NCBI GenBank assembly: GCA_023136265.1
Contig: JAGLRN010000017.1
Location: forward strand, 7,509 to 71,508
Direction: 5' to 3'
From: Thermoplasmata archaeon
Lineage (GTDB): Archaea; Thermoplasmatota; Thermoplasmata; RBG-16-68-12; JAGMCJ01
DNA length: 64,000 bases
The notes beneath the pieces are model-generated. The model had not been told where the DNA came from and ran no database searches. It was given only the letters and a program-made list of their open reading frames with translations. Positions within the stretch are counted from its first letter, which is position 1, and every line of letters starts with the position of its first letter. Shown piece by piece: positions 16,173-25,518 of this stretch. The translations under genes were made by a program, and so were the position numbers.

Positions 16173-17954
16173 GTGATATCGATACACAAATGGAGTCGTC
16201 ATCTTGCAGGAATCTCGTTGCTCTTAATCGGGGCCCTGATCTTCTCCCCTCTTCCTGCAAAGGCGGAACTCATTCTCGATGTGTCGCACTCACCAGAGGT
16301 TCCACTTCCTGGTGAGAAGGTCAATGTGACAGTAAGGGTGGCCGATCCTTCGAACATCTCCTTCGTGCAGATAGGATGGTGCAATAACGATTCGGGATCG
16401 TGTTATCTGAGCGATGTGTACTACGGAGGGAACGACACCTATTGGAGTGGTATCGGTGGAGTAGGGGACATCGTGAACGGTACGGTGATCAAGTACAACG
16501 TCACCGTTGAGAACACGACGGGGCACAGGGACTACTACCCAGGGGGGACCGATAATGTCTACATCACATATGTCGGCCCTTCCCCTCCAGCGAAACCCAC
16601 ACCTCCGCTGATTACTCTCGAACTCGTGCTTGTCGAAGCCCTTCTCATATGCATCACTGTGGCCCTGCTAGGCATCTTGGCCTGGAGGAAGATGAATGGC
16701 CTGGAGACGAGCAAGGTGGCTGCCATGGGGATAGTCATCCTCATCATCTTAGCCATTGTCTACGGAGCCGTGACCATCCTCACTCGGCCCACTGAGGTCG
16801 AGCTCGCCAAGGATTTCCAAGCCATCGATACAGACGGCCACTCCTTCAACCTCTCCGACTTCCGCGGGGAGGTCGTGATCCTCGATTTCATGTCAATCAG
16901 CTGTGGGGGCTGTGAGATCATCGCCGGGACGATTATGGACGACGTCCACTCCCATTTCGATGAATCGGAACTCGAGGTGATATCGATAGATGTGAGCGTT
17001 GCCGATGATCTTGATTCTCTTAGGACATTCAAAGAGGACAAGGCATATCCTTGGCGGATGGCCATGGATCCTGGCGGTCTCGTGAACGACTACGCCGTGA
17101 GTTCCCTTCCAACGCTAGTGATAATCGACAAAGAGGGGTACGCGGTCAAGGTGGTCACGGATGCCTACACCTCCGCGAGCAGCATGCGGAGCATAATCGA
17201 CGATGCTCTGGCGGGGAGATCGCAAGCCATAGGAATCCAGGCGGTGGGCGGTATCCTCCTCGCAGTCTTCGCAGGATTCGCCACCTTCTTCTCGCCGTGC
17301 TCTTTTCCGATGCTCCCGGGGTTCGTGGCATACTATCTGTCCGCAGAAGCGGAGCAGGAGAAAAAAAGCACACTCAAAGTGCTCGGCAGCGGGCTCGTCG
17401 CCGGCACAGGGATCATCCTCGTCTTCCTTGTCATCGGGTTTGCCTGGATAGCGGTGGGAACGGCTGCCAACGTGGAGGAGTACACGCCGATCCTGGGACC
17501 GATCGTCGGAGCGGTCCTGATAGTCCTGGGATTGCTGATGTTCACGAACCTTCAGTACCACGCTCTGTTGAGGCCGTTCACCCGGCTCAAAGAGGCGATA
17601 ACGAAGGGGAAGAGCAAGGAGACTGGAGGCTACTACCCGAAGCTCTTCGGCTACGGCGTCGGGTACGGGGCCGCCGCGTCAGCCTGCACCGCCCCCCTCT
17701 TCATAGCCGTGCTCGCGCAGTCATCCATAACAGGGGGTCCGACCGAGAGCCTGTTCATCCTCCTCGTGTTCTCCCTCGTGATCGTCCTCCTGATGGTCGC
17801 CATCACGTTCATGCTCTCCGCCTTCGGTCAGGAGAGCGTAAGGAAGCTGAGCCAGTACACGGACCTCATCAAGAAGGTGAGCGCCGTCGTGCTCATAGTC
17901 GTGGGCGTCTACCTAATCTACTACTACATCACGACCCACATCACTTGGGTCTGA
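16173..17954 (+). CDS. Fusion: signal peptide, extracellular glycosylated Ig-like domain, TM, TlpA-like thioredoxin (CGGC), and CcdA/DsbD transmembrane electron-transfer domain
   Basis: GTG start. Signal peptide ...PLPAKA. FMSISCGGCE thioredoxin motif. FFSPCSFPMLPGF and AASACTAPLF CcdA motifs. Confidence 0.75.
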   Translation: MISIHKWSRHLAGISLLLIGALIFSPLPAKAELILDVSHSPEVPLPGEKVNVTVRVADPSNISFVQIGWCNNDSGSCYLSDVYYGGNDTYWSGIGGVGDIVNGTVIKYNVTVENTTGHRDYYPGGTDNVYITYVGPSPPAKPTPPLITLELVLVEALLICITVALLGILAWRKMNGLETSKVAAMGIVILIILAIVYGAVTILTRPTEVELAKDFQAIDTDGHSFNLSDFRGEVVILDFMSISCGGCEIIAGTIMDDVHSHFDESELEVISIDVSVADDLDSLRTFKEDKAYPWRMAMDPGGLVNDYAVSSLPTLVIIDKEGYAVKVVTDAYTSASSMRSIIDDALAGRSQAIGIQAVGGILLAVFAGFATFFSPCSFPMLPGFVAYYLSAEAEQEKKSTLKVLGSGLVAGTGIILVFLVIGFAWIAVGTAANVEEYTPILGPIVGAVLIVLGLLMFTNLQYHALLRPFTRLKEAITKGKSKETGGYYPKLFGYGVGYGAAASACTAPLFIAVLAQSSITGGPTESLFILLVFSLVIVLLMVAITFMLSAFGQESVRKLSQYTDLIKKVSAVVLIVVGVYLIYYYITTHITWV

Positions 17955-20061
17955 CACTCTCCCCGATCGTCATCCTCGCATCCACTATCTTCGCGCCCTT
18001 CTTCTTGCCGAAGACCATCATCGGATTGATGTCGAGCTCCTCGATCCGGTAGAAATCATTCACCAGCTGAGAGATCCGCTGGAGATGGTCCACGATGATG
18101 TTGACGTCGGAGGCCTTCTCCCCCCGGACGCCCGTGAGGAGCGGATATACCCTTATCGACTTGATCATCCTGTCAGCCTCCGCGTCCGTGAGAGGCGTCA
18201 GCCTGAAGGCCACGTCCTTCAGTATCTCGACGTAAATCCCCCCCAGACCGAACATGATCAAAGGTCCGAACTTCGGGTCGTTCTTCATCCCGAGGATAAC
18301 CTCCTTCCCACCCGTGACGAACTCTTGTATGAGATAGCCCGAGATGGAGAATCCAGACCGCTTGATCCTTCTCGTGATCTTCTTCAGCCTCCGAGCGAGG
18401 TCTCTCTCGTCCTCGATGTCCAGGGCTATCCCACCAAAGTCGGACTTGTGGACTATCTGAGGGGACATTGCCTTCAGCGCAACGGGATACTCGATCTCTG
18501 CCGCGAGCTTCTTCGCCTCTTCGAGGTCCTTTGCCACACCGTACTTGGCCAGAGAGAAGCCGTAGGCCTCGAGAACCTGCAGGACCTCGACCTCGTTGAG
18601 CCTGCATCTATCGTCCTGATTGCACGCATCGAATATCCGGGCCACGCTCTTGCGGTCGACCTTGAACTCCTTCACGGTCCCCCTGTCCCTCTGCAGGTAT
18701 CGGCCGTAGGCATACATCGAGGTCAGCGCCTTTGCGGCGGACTCTGGGAAAATGTAAGCGGGAACGCCGTTCGTCGTGAGCGCAACGAACCCCGGCGACT
18801 CCTCCGTGCTCCCGAGGAAGCAGGACAGTATCGTCTTCTTCTTGTGCCTTTTTGCCACTTTCAGGATGGCATTCGCGACCGCCAGCTCGTCCACCATCGC
18901 GGGCGGGACGAATATCACAAGGACGGAATCCACCCTCGAATCGTTCAGCACCGCTCGGAGGGCCGCTTCGTATCCTTTCGGGTCGCCGTGCGCGGTCATG
19001 TCGACAGGATTGGTCGTTGTCGCTTCATCCATCAGAGCAGCTCTCAGCTTTTCTTGGGTCTTCCGCCCGAGCGTTGGGACGTCAAGACCGACGCTCACGA
19101 GGGCGTCCGTCGCCATGATTGCGGGACCGCCAGCGTTCGTCACTATGCCAACTTGCCGGCCTTTTGGTGTAGGCTGCATGGAGAAAGCCGTCGCAAGGTC
19201 GAAGAGCTCCTCGATCGATCCCACCCGTAATACTCCACACTGCTCGAAAAGGGCGTCTGTCGCTTCGTCCAATCCCGCTAGGGAGCCAGTGTGACTTGCG
19301 GCAGCTCTCTTCCCCGCTTCCGTCCGTCCCGATTTCAGCGCAATGACAGGCTTTCGCGGGGTCACTTCCCTGGCTATCCTCACGAAGTTGCGCGGATTAC
19401 CGAAGCTCTCTATGTACATCAGTATGACATCCGTCTCAGGGTCCCTCCCCCAGTACTCGAGCAGGTCGTTGCCGGAGATGTCCATCTTGTTGCCCATGCT
19501 CACGAACTTGGAGAAGCCGATGTTTATCTTCCTGGCATGGTCGAGGACCGCAACGCCAAGAGCCCCGCTCTGGGACATGAAGGCGGTCCTTCCGTGGAGC
19601 GGGTAGGTGGGCGCGAAGGTCGAGTCCATAATCACCCCCGGGCACGTGTTTATGATGCCCATGCAGTTCGGCCCTATGGTCGCGATGTCGTGCTTTCTGA
19701 CGAACCGCAGGAGCTCCTCCTCGCGATTGGTTCCCTCCCCGCCGATTTCCTTGAATCCAGCCGTTATCACGACGGCCCCGTGAATGCCCTTCTCAGCGCA
19801 CTCCTCCATCGTGCTCATGACGTGTTCGGACGGTACGACAACGATTGCCAGGTCCACATCGTCTGGAATCTCGAGGACGGATGGATAAGCCCGTATCGAG
19901 TGGACATTCTTTGCCTTTCTGTTCACCGGATAGAGCGTTCCCTGGAAGCCGTACGTTATCAGCTTGTGCGTTATCTGGGCGCCCAACTTCTTCGGGTTTC
20001 TGGACGCGCCAATGACTGCTATCGACCTTGGATTGAAGACAGGATTGAGTCTGTGCCTCAT
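17941..20061 (-). CDS. acd: Acetyl-CoA synthetase (ADP-forming), fused alpha-beta NDP-forming acyl-CoA synthetase
   Basis: N-terminal CoA-binding region RSIAVIGASRNPKKLG, a succinyl-CoA-synthetase-like flavodoxin domain, and a C-terminal ATP-grasp domain. 706 aa. Confidence 0.85.
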   Translation of the reverse strand: MRHRLNPVFNPRSIAVIGASRNPKKLGAQITHKLITYGFQGTLYPVNRKAKNVHSIRAYPSVLEIPDDVDLAIVVVPSEHVMSTMEECAEKGIHGAVVITAGFKEIGGEGTNREEELLRFVRKHDIATIGPNCMGIINTCPGVIMDSTFAPTYPLHGRTAFMSQSGALGVAVLDHARKINIGFSKFVSMGNKMDISGNDLLEYWGRDPETDVILMYIESFGNPRNFVRIAREVTPRKPVIALKSGRTEAGKRAAASHTGSLAGLDEATDALFEQCGVLRVGSIEELFDLATAFSMQPTPKGRQVGIVTNAGGPAIMATDALVSVGLDVPTLGRKTQEKLRAALMDEATTTNPVDMTAHGDPKGYEAALRAVLNDSRVDSVLVIFVPPAMVDELAVANAILKVAKRHKKKTILSCFLGSTEESPGFVALTTNGVPAYIFPESAAKALTSMYAYGRYLQRDRGTVKEFKVDRKSVARIFDACNQDDRCRLNEVEVLQVLEAYGFSLAKYGVAKDLEEAKKLAAEIEYPVALKAMSPQIVHKSDFGGIALDIEDERDLARRLKKITRRIKRSGFSISGYLIQEFVTGGKEVILGMKNDPKFGPLIMFGLGGIYVEILKDVAFRLTPLTDAEADRMIKSIRVYPLLTGVRGEKASDVNIIVDHLQRISQLVNDFYRIEELDINPMMVFGKKKGAKIVDARMTIGESVRPK

Positions 20062-20169
20062 TCTTCCCCTCCGTTTGGAGAAGTGATAGACGATATAAAA
20101 CCGTGGCGTTGCTAACGGTTAAATATCGTCCACCTAATCGCTTTCCTAACTCACAAGGGAGGAGGTTAG

Positions 20170-21321
20170 TTGACTGTAAAGACGGGATTCGTGTACTCCG
20201 AGGAGTTCATGAAATACGATTTCGGACCCTTCCATCCGATGAACCAAATCAGAATTAAACTCACCTACGAACTGATGAAGGAGCTGGGGATTTTCGACCG
20301 AGAAGAGGTCATCCTCTCCGAACCCGAGGTCGCAACTCCAGAGCAGATCCAGCTGATCCACAGCAAGGACTACGTCGAGATGGTCAGGAACGTCAGCGAC
20401 GGGAAGTCCAAGCAGGGCGCCTTTCTGTTCGGTCTGGGTTCCGGGGACAACCCGATCTTCGAGGACATGTACTACGCCAGTGCCGTACACACCGGTGCGG
20501 TGATACACGCCGTGGACCTCGTCATGGACGGACAGGTCAATCACGCCTTCACGCCGGCGGGAGGGCTTCACCACGCCTCGCGGTCGAGAGCATCCGGGTT
20601 CTGCGTTTTTAACGACCCAGCAATCGCGATCAAGAAGCTTCTCGTCGAGGGCAAGGTGAAGAGAGCCGCCTATGTGGATATAGACGCGCATCATGGTGAT
20701 GGCGTTCAGGCGCTCTTCTATGACAGCCCTGAAGTTCTGACGATATCCCTCCACGAGAGTGGTAGGTACCTCTTCCCTGGTACTGGGTTCGAGAACGAAG
20801 TGGGGACTGGCGACGGCAAAGGGTTCTCCGTGAACGTCCCGCTCCCAACGTACACGAGGCACTCGTCGTACATCTTCGCCTTCAAGGAGATCGTCCCGCC
20901 TCTCCTGGAATCCTTCAAACCCGATCTGATACTCACCCAGCTGGGAGCTGACGCCCATCAGTCGGATCCACTGACGCATCTCATGATCGGCACGGAGACG
21001 TACGAACGGATTGCGGGAATCATCCATGACCTCGCCCACGGGATTTGCGATGGCAAGTGGGTCGGAGTGGGAGGTGGAGGCTACGACCCGGCTGTAGTGC
21101 CCAGGGTATGGACCGTGATCTTCAGCAAGATGGCCGGGATAGAGCTCCCCGACGAGGTCCCCGACAGCTGGAAGTTACTGTGCAAGAAGATGGCCGGAGA
21201 GGTCCCTTCAGACAAACTCCACGATGAGCTGGAGGAAACGGAGGTCGCGAGGGACATTCAGATTGTCGTGGAAGATGTGAAGAAATCCGTGTTCCCCTAT
21301 CATGGATTAGATTTTAATTAG
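20170..21321 (+). CDS. Histone deacetylase superfamily protein (AcuC/acetoin utilisation type)
   Basis: TTG start after gggaggagg SD. DIDAHHGDGVQ and PAGGLHHA HDAC motifs. Confidence 0.85.
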   Translation: MTVKTGFVYSEEFMKYDFGPFHPMNQIRIKLTYELMKELGIFDREEVILSEPEVATPEQIQLIHSKDYVEMVRNVSDGKSKQGAFLFGLGSGDNPIFEDMYYASAVHTGAVIHAVDLVMDGQVNHAFTPAGGLHHASRSRASGFCVFNDPAIAIKKLLVEGKVKRAAYVDIDAHHGDGVQALFYDSPEVLTISLHESGRYLFPGTGFENEVGTGDGKGFSVNVPLPTYTRHSSYIFAFKEIVPPLLESFKPDLILTQLGADAHQSDPLTHLMIGTETYERIAGIIHDLAHGICDGKWVGVGGGGYDPAVVPRVWTVIFSKMAGIELPDEVPDSWKLLCKKMAGEVPSDKLHDELEETEVARDIQIVVEDVKKSVFPYHGLDFN

Positions 21322-21342
21322 GAATCCCCTATTCGTATCGGG

Positions 21343-22068
21343 ATGGAGGACTACGTCGTCGAGGCAAGAGGCCTTGTCCGAAGATATGGCAATCTCGTGG
21401 CAGTGGACGGCCTGGATTTCATAGTCGAGAAGGGAGAGGTCTACGGTCTCATCGGTCCGAACGGTTCAGGCAAGACGACCACGATTAAGCTGGTCTGCGG
21501 GCTCCTCAAGCCTCACGCGGGAAATGTGCGAGTTCTGGGGATGCAGGTCCCTGATCCCAAGATCTCTCCTCAGATCGGCTACATGCCCCAAGGGGTCGCG
21601 ATATATCCAGACCTCACTGTCCACGACAATGTCAGGTTCTTCGGCGAGGTCTACGGCCTCTCGAAGAAGGAGATCGAGAAGAGGGAAGAGGAGCTCTTGG
21701 ATTTCGCGGGCCTCACGGAGAAGAGGAATGCACTGGCCTCCACCCTGAGCGGGGGGCTCAAGCACAGATTGTCCTTCGCATGCACTCTTGTTCATACGCC
21801 CAAAGTGTTGTTCCTCGACGAACCCACCGTTGGTGTGGATCCGGAACTCAGGTTTTCCTTCTGGGAGTACTTCTACGACCTCCGCAAGAAGGGCGTGACG
21901 ACGATAATTACCACGCACTATATGGACGAGGCACGCAAATGCACTCGCGTAGGTCTCATCAGGCAGGGGAAAATGGTCGCCGAGGACCATCCCAAGAAGC
22001 TGATGGAGCAGACAGGCACAGATTCCCTCGAGGATACCTTCCTTGCCTTTTGTAGAGGTGAGGCCTAG
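21343..22068 (+). CDS. ABC transporter ATP-binding protein
   Basis: Walker A GPNGSGKTT, signature LSGGLKHRL, Walker B LFLDEPT. Confidence 0.85.
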   Translation: MEDYVVEARGLVRRYGNLVAVDGLDFIVEKGEVYGLIGPNGSGKTTTIKLVCGLLKPHAGNVRVLGMQVPDPKISPQIGYMPQGVAIYPDLTVHDNVRFFGEVYGLSKKEIEKREEELLDFAGLTEKRNALASTLSGGLKHRLSFACTLVHTPKVLFLDEPTVGVDPELRFSFWEYFYDLRKKGVTTIITTHYMDEARKCTRVGLIRQGKMVAEDHPKKLMEQTGTDSLEDTFLAFCRGEA

Positions 22069-23309
22069 TGGGGGCCACTAGAATCCTGGCGATGGCGAGG
22101 AACATCCTGCTCAGACTGGTGCATGACCGAAGGACCCTCGGGATGATATTCGTCATGCCGATAATCTTCATCGGACTCTTCGGCTTCGCATTTGCCGGCG
22201 AGCCAGAAGACATAGGTACTATCGTGGTCAACCTCGATACTGGCATCGCCGTGGTTCCTGTGAAGGAGCCTGTGGGGAACATAACTATCCCGGGTTTGAG
22301 TCTAGCGGAAGGGATCATCGACGGCTTTGACACGAAGACGCTCATCCTGCACTTCTCGGACGATGCAGATGAAGCCCTCAAGAAGGTTGAAAACGGAGAG
22401 GCGTGGGCGGTCGTCTACTTCCCGGAGAACTTCACATCGCACCTTTTCGGGAAGTTGCTGAAGATAGCGAAGACCGAGACCATACCGGATCTCATTGGCG
22501 GGCAGAATTACAGCGTTGACCTGCAGAACATATCGACGTCCGATGCGAGGATTGACCTCCGCATCGACGGCTCGAACACGCAGGTCGCGGCGGCGATCAT
22601 CCAATCGATCTCAGAGACACTCTTGAAGAGCGTGGAAGAGAGCCATCCCGATCTCAGCTTCTCTGATGTGCTCAACATACACTACGTGTACGGCGAGAAC
22701 GCCAGGTTCATCGATTTCTTTGCTCCGGGAATAATGGCCCTTGTCGTGACCAACATCACGATAATGCTCACCATCGTATCGTTCGTCCGCGAGAAAACCA
22801 ATGGAACACTGGACAGGCTGTTCGTTTCTCCAATGAGGTCAACCGACATCGTCCTGGGCTATACACTGACCTTCAGTCTCGTTGCCCTGTTCCAGTCCGT
22901 GGAGATAATCGCCGTCGGCGTGCTCCTCTTCGACATTCGTATAGCGGGGAGTATCGCCCTAGCGCTTATGATCATAGTCCTCTACGCGATTGGTCTCCTT
23001 GGGCTAGGGTTCCTGCTCTCCACGATTGCGAGGAACGAATTCCAAGCGATTCAGTTCATTCCGATGATAGTCCTCCCGTCGATCATACTGGCGGGTGTTA
23101 TCTGGCCGATTGAATCCATGCCACTGATCATCCGCCCCGTTTCCTATGTCATCCCACTCACCTACGCGGCCGAGGCGCTGAGATCTGTGATGATTCGAGG
23201 ATGGGGACCCCTCGAAATCGGCGCGGACATACTGGCGCTCGTCATATTCGCGGTGATCACATTCTCTCTGAGCATACTGATTATGAGAAAGAAGGCCCAC
23301 CAGAGCTAG
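22068..23309 (+). CDS. ABC-2 type transporter permease
   Basis: Overlaps the ATPase stop. N-terminal TM, large extracytoplasmic loop, and 5 C-terminal TM helices (ABC-2 architecture). Confidence 0.75.
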   Translation: MGATRILAMARNILLRLVHDRRTLGMIFVMPIIFIGLFGFAFAGEPEDIGTIVVNLDTGIAVVPVKEPVGNITIPGLSLAEGIIDGFDTKTLILHFSDDADEALKKVENGEAWAVVYFPENFTSHLFGKLLKIAKTETIPDLIGGQNYSVDLQNISTSDARIDLRIDGSNTQVAAAIIQSISETLLKSVEESHPDLSFSDVLNIHYVYGENARFIDFFAPGIMALVVTNITIMLTIVSFVREKTNGTLDRLFVSPMRSTDIVLGYTLTFSLVALFQSVEIIAVGVLLFDIRIAGSIALALMIIVLYAIGLLGLGFLLSTIARNEFQAIQFIPMIVLPSIILAGVIWPIESMPLIIRPVSYVIPLTYAAEALRSVMIRGWGPLEIGADILALVIFAVITFSLSILIMRKKAHQS

Positions 23310-23752
23310 GATTCCTGAAGCTCGACCCTGCCGACCTCCACGCCCGCCTGCGTCAGCAGGTCCCTCCCCATGCTCTCAGGGTATTCGTCCAGGTAGACGA
23401 CCCGCATGATTCCCGCGTTGATGATCATCTTGGCACAGGTGTTGCACGGGATGATCGTGGAATACAAGGTCCCGCCCTTCGCGCCCTTTCCCGCCTGAAG
23501 TAGGGCGTTCATCTCCGCGTGGACGCCAGTACAGACCTCCATCCTCTCTCCGGAAGGTATGTTTTCCTGGTCCCTTATGCAGCCGATCTCATCGCAGTGC
23601 GGGAGCCCCCTCGGGTTTCCGTTGTACCCGCTGCTCTTTATCTCGTCTCCGGTCACGACTATCGCGCCGATCTTGTGTCGCGTGCACGTGCTTCTCTTGG
23701 AGACGTCCACAGCGATGTTCATGTAGTAGTGGTCCCTGGATATCCTGGACAT
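23306..23752 (-). CDS. dCMP/CMP deaminase (zinc-dependent)
   Basis: HAEMNAL and PCNTCAK zinc-binding motifs. The likely start is MSRISRDHYYMNIA; the track ORF is extended to 23794. Confidence 0.8.
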   Translation of the reverse strand: MSRISRDHYYMNIAVDVSKRSTCTRHKIGAIVVTGDEIKSSGYNGNPRGLPHCDEIGCIRDQENIPSGERMEVCTGVHAEMNALLQAGKGAKGGTLYSTIIPCNTCAKMIINAGIMRVVYLDEYPESMGRDLLTQAGVEVGRVELQES

Positions 23753-23838
23753 TGGCACACAAAGATAAGAAATGCCGAATATAAAAAGATTCATTCAGGG
23801 GAGGTCCATCTCTCCTCCCGCCAGAAAGGTGACTTGAT

Positions 23839-24682
23839 GGGTTCCAGCGTGGTAAGGATTAACGATCGGGCCATCGAACACGAAGTCAGGGGCAGCGGGC
23901 CTCCGTGCCTCTTGGCCCCGGTTGGCTGGGGAATCGATTACACCCTGTGGGCCCACTATCTCGCGGACTTGGAGAAGAAGCTCACGATGATATACTTCAA
24001 CCCGAGGGGGATAGGCGATTCATCCAAGATCACGTCACCATCCGACTGCTCCGTGGATTCCATCGTGTCGGACATGGAGCGGCTGAGGAAGCACCTGGGA
24101 TTCGAGAAGATTGCGGTCATGGGACATTCGGCAGGCGGTTTCTCCGCACTCAAGTACGCCATCAGGAGGCCGGAGAACGTCAGCGCCCTTGTTCTGATCG
24201 GAACCGCGGCGAACACGGAATACGAGGCGGACTTCGACGAGCTTCTCAGGACGGACAAGAGGATTGCTAGCATCCACGAGGAGATGGCGAAACCCGGGAA
24301 GGAGGAGATGACGAAGGAAGAGCTGATGAGACGGAACCTCATCCTTATGTTCTCTGTTTACTTCAAGGACTACGAGCCCTTCAGAGGGGAGTTCGAGGAG
24401 CTTCTCTCGGCCTCCAAGGTATCGCCCGACCACCTCAGATATCATCAGCAGGCTGACCTGCCCAGATATGACGTCCTCGACGATCTCCCGAAGATATCTT
24501 GTCCCACTCTGATTCTGGCGGGTGAACACGATCCCATCTGCCCGCCAAAGTTCTCCAAGGTGATGGACGACGCCATCCCAGGATCGAAGCTGATGGTGTT
24601 CGAAGACAGTGGACACTGGCCCCTCATCGAGGAGAGGGATGAGTTCGTGCGGAGCGTCGTCGATTTCCTCGAGGGGACCTGA
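23839..24682 (+). CDS. Alpha/beta hydrolase (proline iminopeptidase-like)
   Basis: GHSAGG nucleophile elbow. The true start is ATG 23839 (MGSSVVRIN); the 5' part of track ORF 23519-24682 is antisense to the deaminase. Confidence 0.7.
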
Positions 24683-25443
24683 TGCCTCTCGTCCGAATCA
24701 GCTCCGGGGACATCTACTACACAGCGCACGGGGAGGGCCATCCACTGATCGCTCTGCACGCTGGTCTAGGGACGGGCATGGGGGACTTCAGGAAGTACAT
24801 CCCGCTCTTGTCCGCCAGGTACAGGTTCATTCTCCCGGACAGGATTGGCTATGGAAGGTCGACCCACGTCGAGAGTTTCCCCGAGCCGTTCTTTCTGAAG
24901 CAGGTGGACGATCTTATCGAGTTCATGGACATGCTGGGGATCGAGAAGACCGCCTTCTGGGGATGGAGCGATGGCACGGTCATAGCCCTCAACCTTGCTC
25001 TCAGGCGACCCGATCTCGTTTCGGCCATCGTGGCGGAGGCAGGGCATTACTGTCCGGTAAAGGAGACGAATGCCCTGTTCGAGAGATTCCTACGACTCGG
25101 CGAGCTGACCGAGCAGGAGATTGGGTCCTTCTCGAGACAGCATAGCGATCCGTACTGGAAGACGCTTCTGCGGATCTGGGCCGAGCGGTGGCTGGCGCTC
25201 AATCGTTCGACGGACGACTTCTACGACAATAGGCTCGGTGAGACTCGCTGTCCTGTCATTTTCCTGATAGGCGACGGAGACGAGCACGTCCGCATCTGGG
25301 AGTTCGAGAAGATGCACGAGCTAGTGGAGGGATCAGAACTCATCGTTTTTGAGGGGGCGGGCCATGCGGCTCATCTAGGTCACAGCGAGAAGGCCTTCTC
25401 GCGAGCGATGTCGAGGTTTCTTGAGGAGCATTCCCTCTGCTAG
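24682..25443 (+). CDS. Alpha/beta hydrolase, second tandem copy
   Basis: GWSDGT nucleophile motif, HAGLGTG. Start overlaps the previous stop (ATGA). Confidence 0.7.
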   Translation: MPLVRISSGDIYYTAHGEGHPLIALHAGLGTGMGDFRKYIPLLSARYRFILPDRIGYGRSTHVESFPEPFFLKQVDDLIEFMDMLGIEKTAFWGWSDGTVIALNLALRRPDLVSAIVAEAGHYCPVKETNALFERFLRLGELTEQEIGSFSRQHSDPYWKTLLRIWAERWLALNRSTDDFYDNRLGETRCPVIFLIGDGDEHVRIWEFEKMHELVEGSELIVFEGAGHAAHLGHSEKAFSRAMSRFLEEHSLC

Positions 25444-25518
25444 AAGTAGATCCCTGTTCTTGATTCCCCTGCTGTTTCGAGGCTACTGTTTTTAAACCCA
25501 CAAGTCGTATCAAGACCA

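Noticed and set aside
18085-19230. 381-aa plus-strand ORF (and other ORFs within 18-20 kb)
   Set aside because: Antisense to the acetyl-CoA synthetase gene. R/P/H-rich, no motifs.
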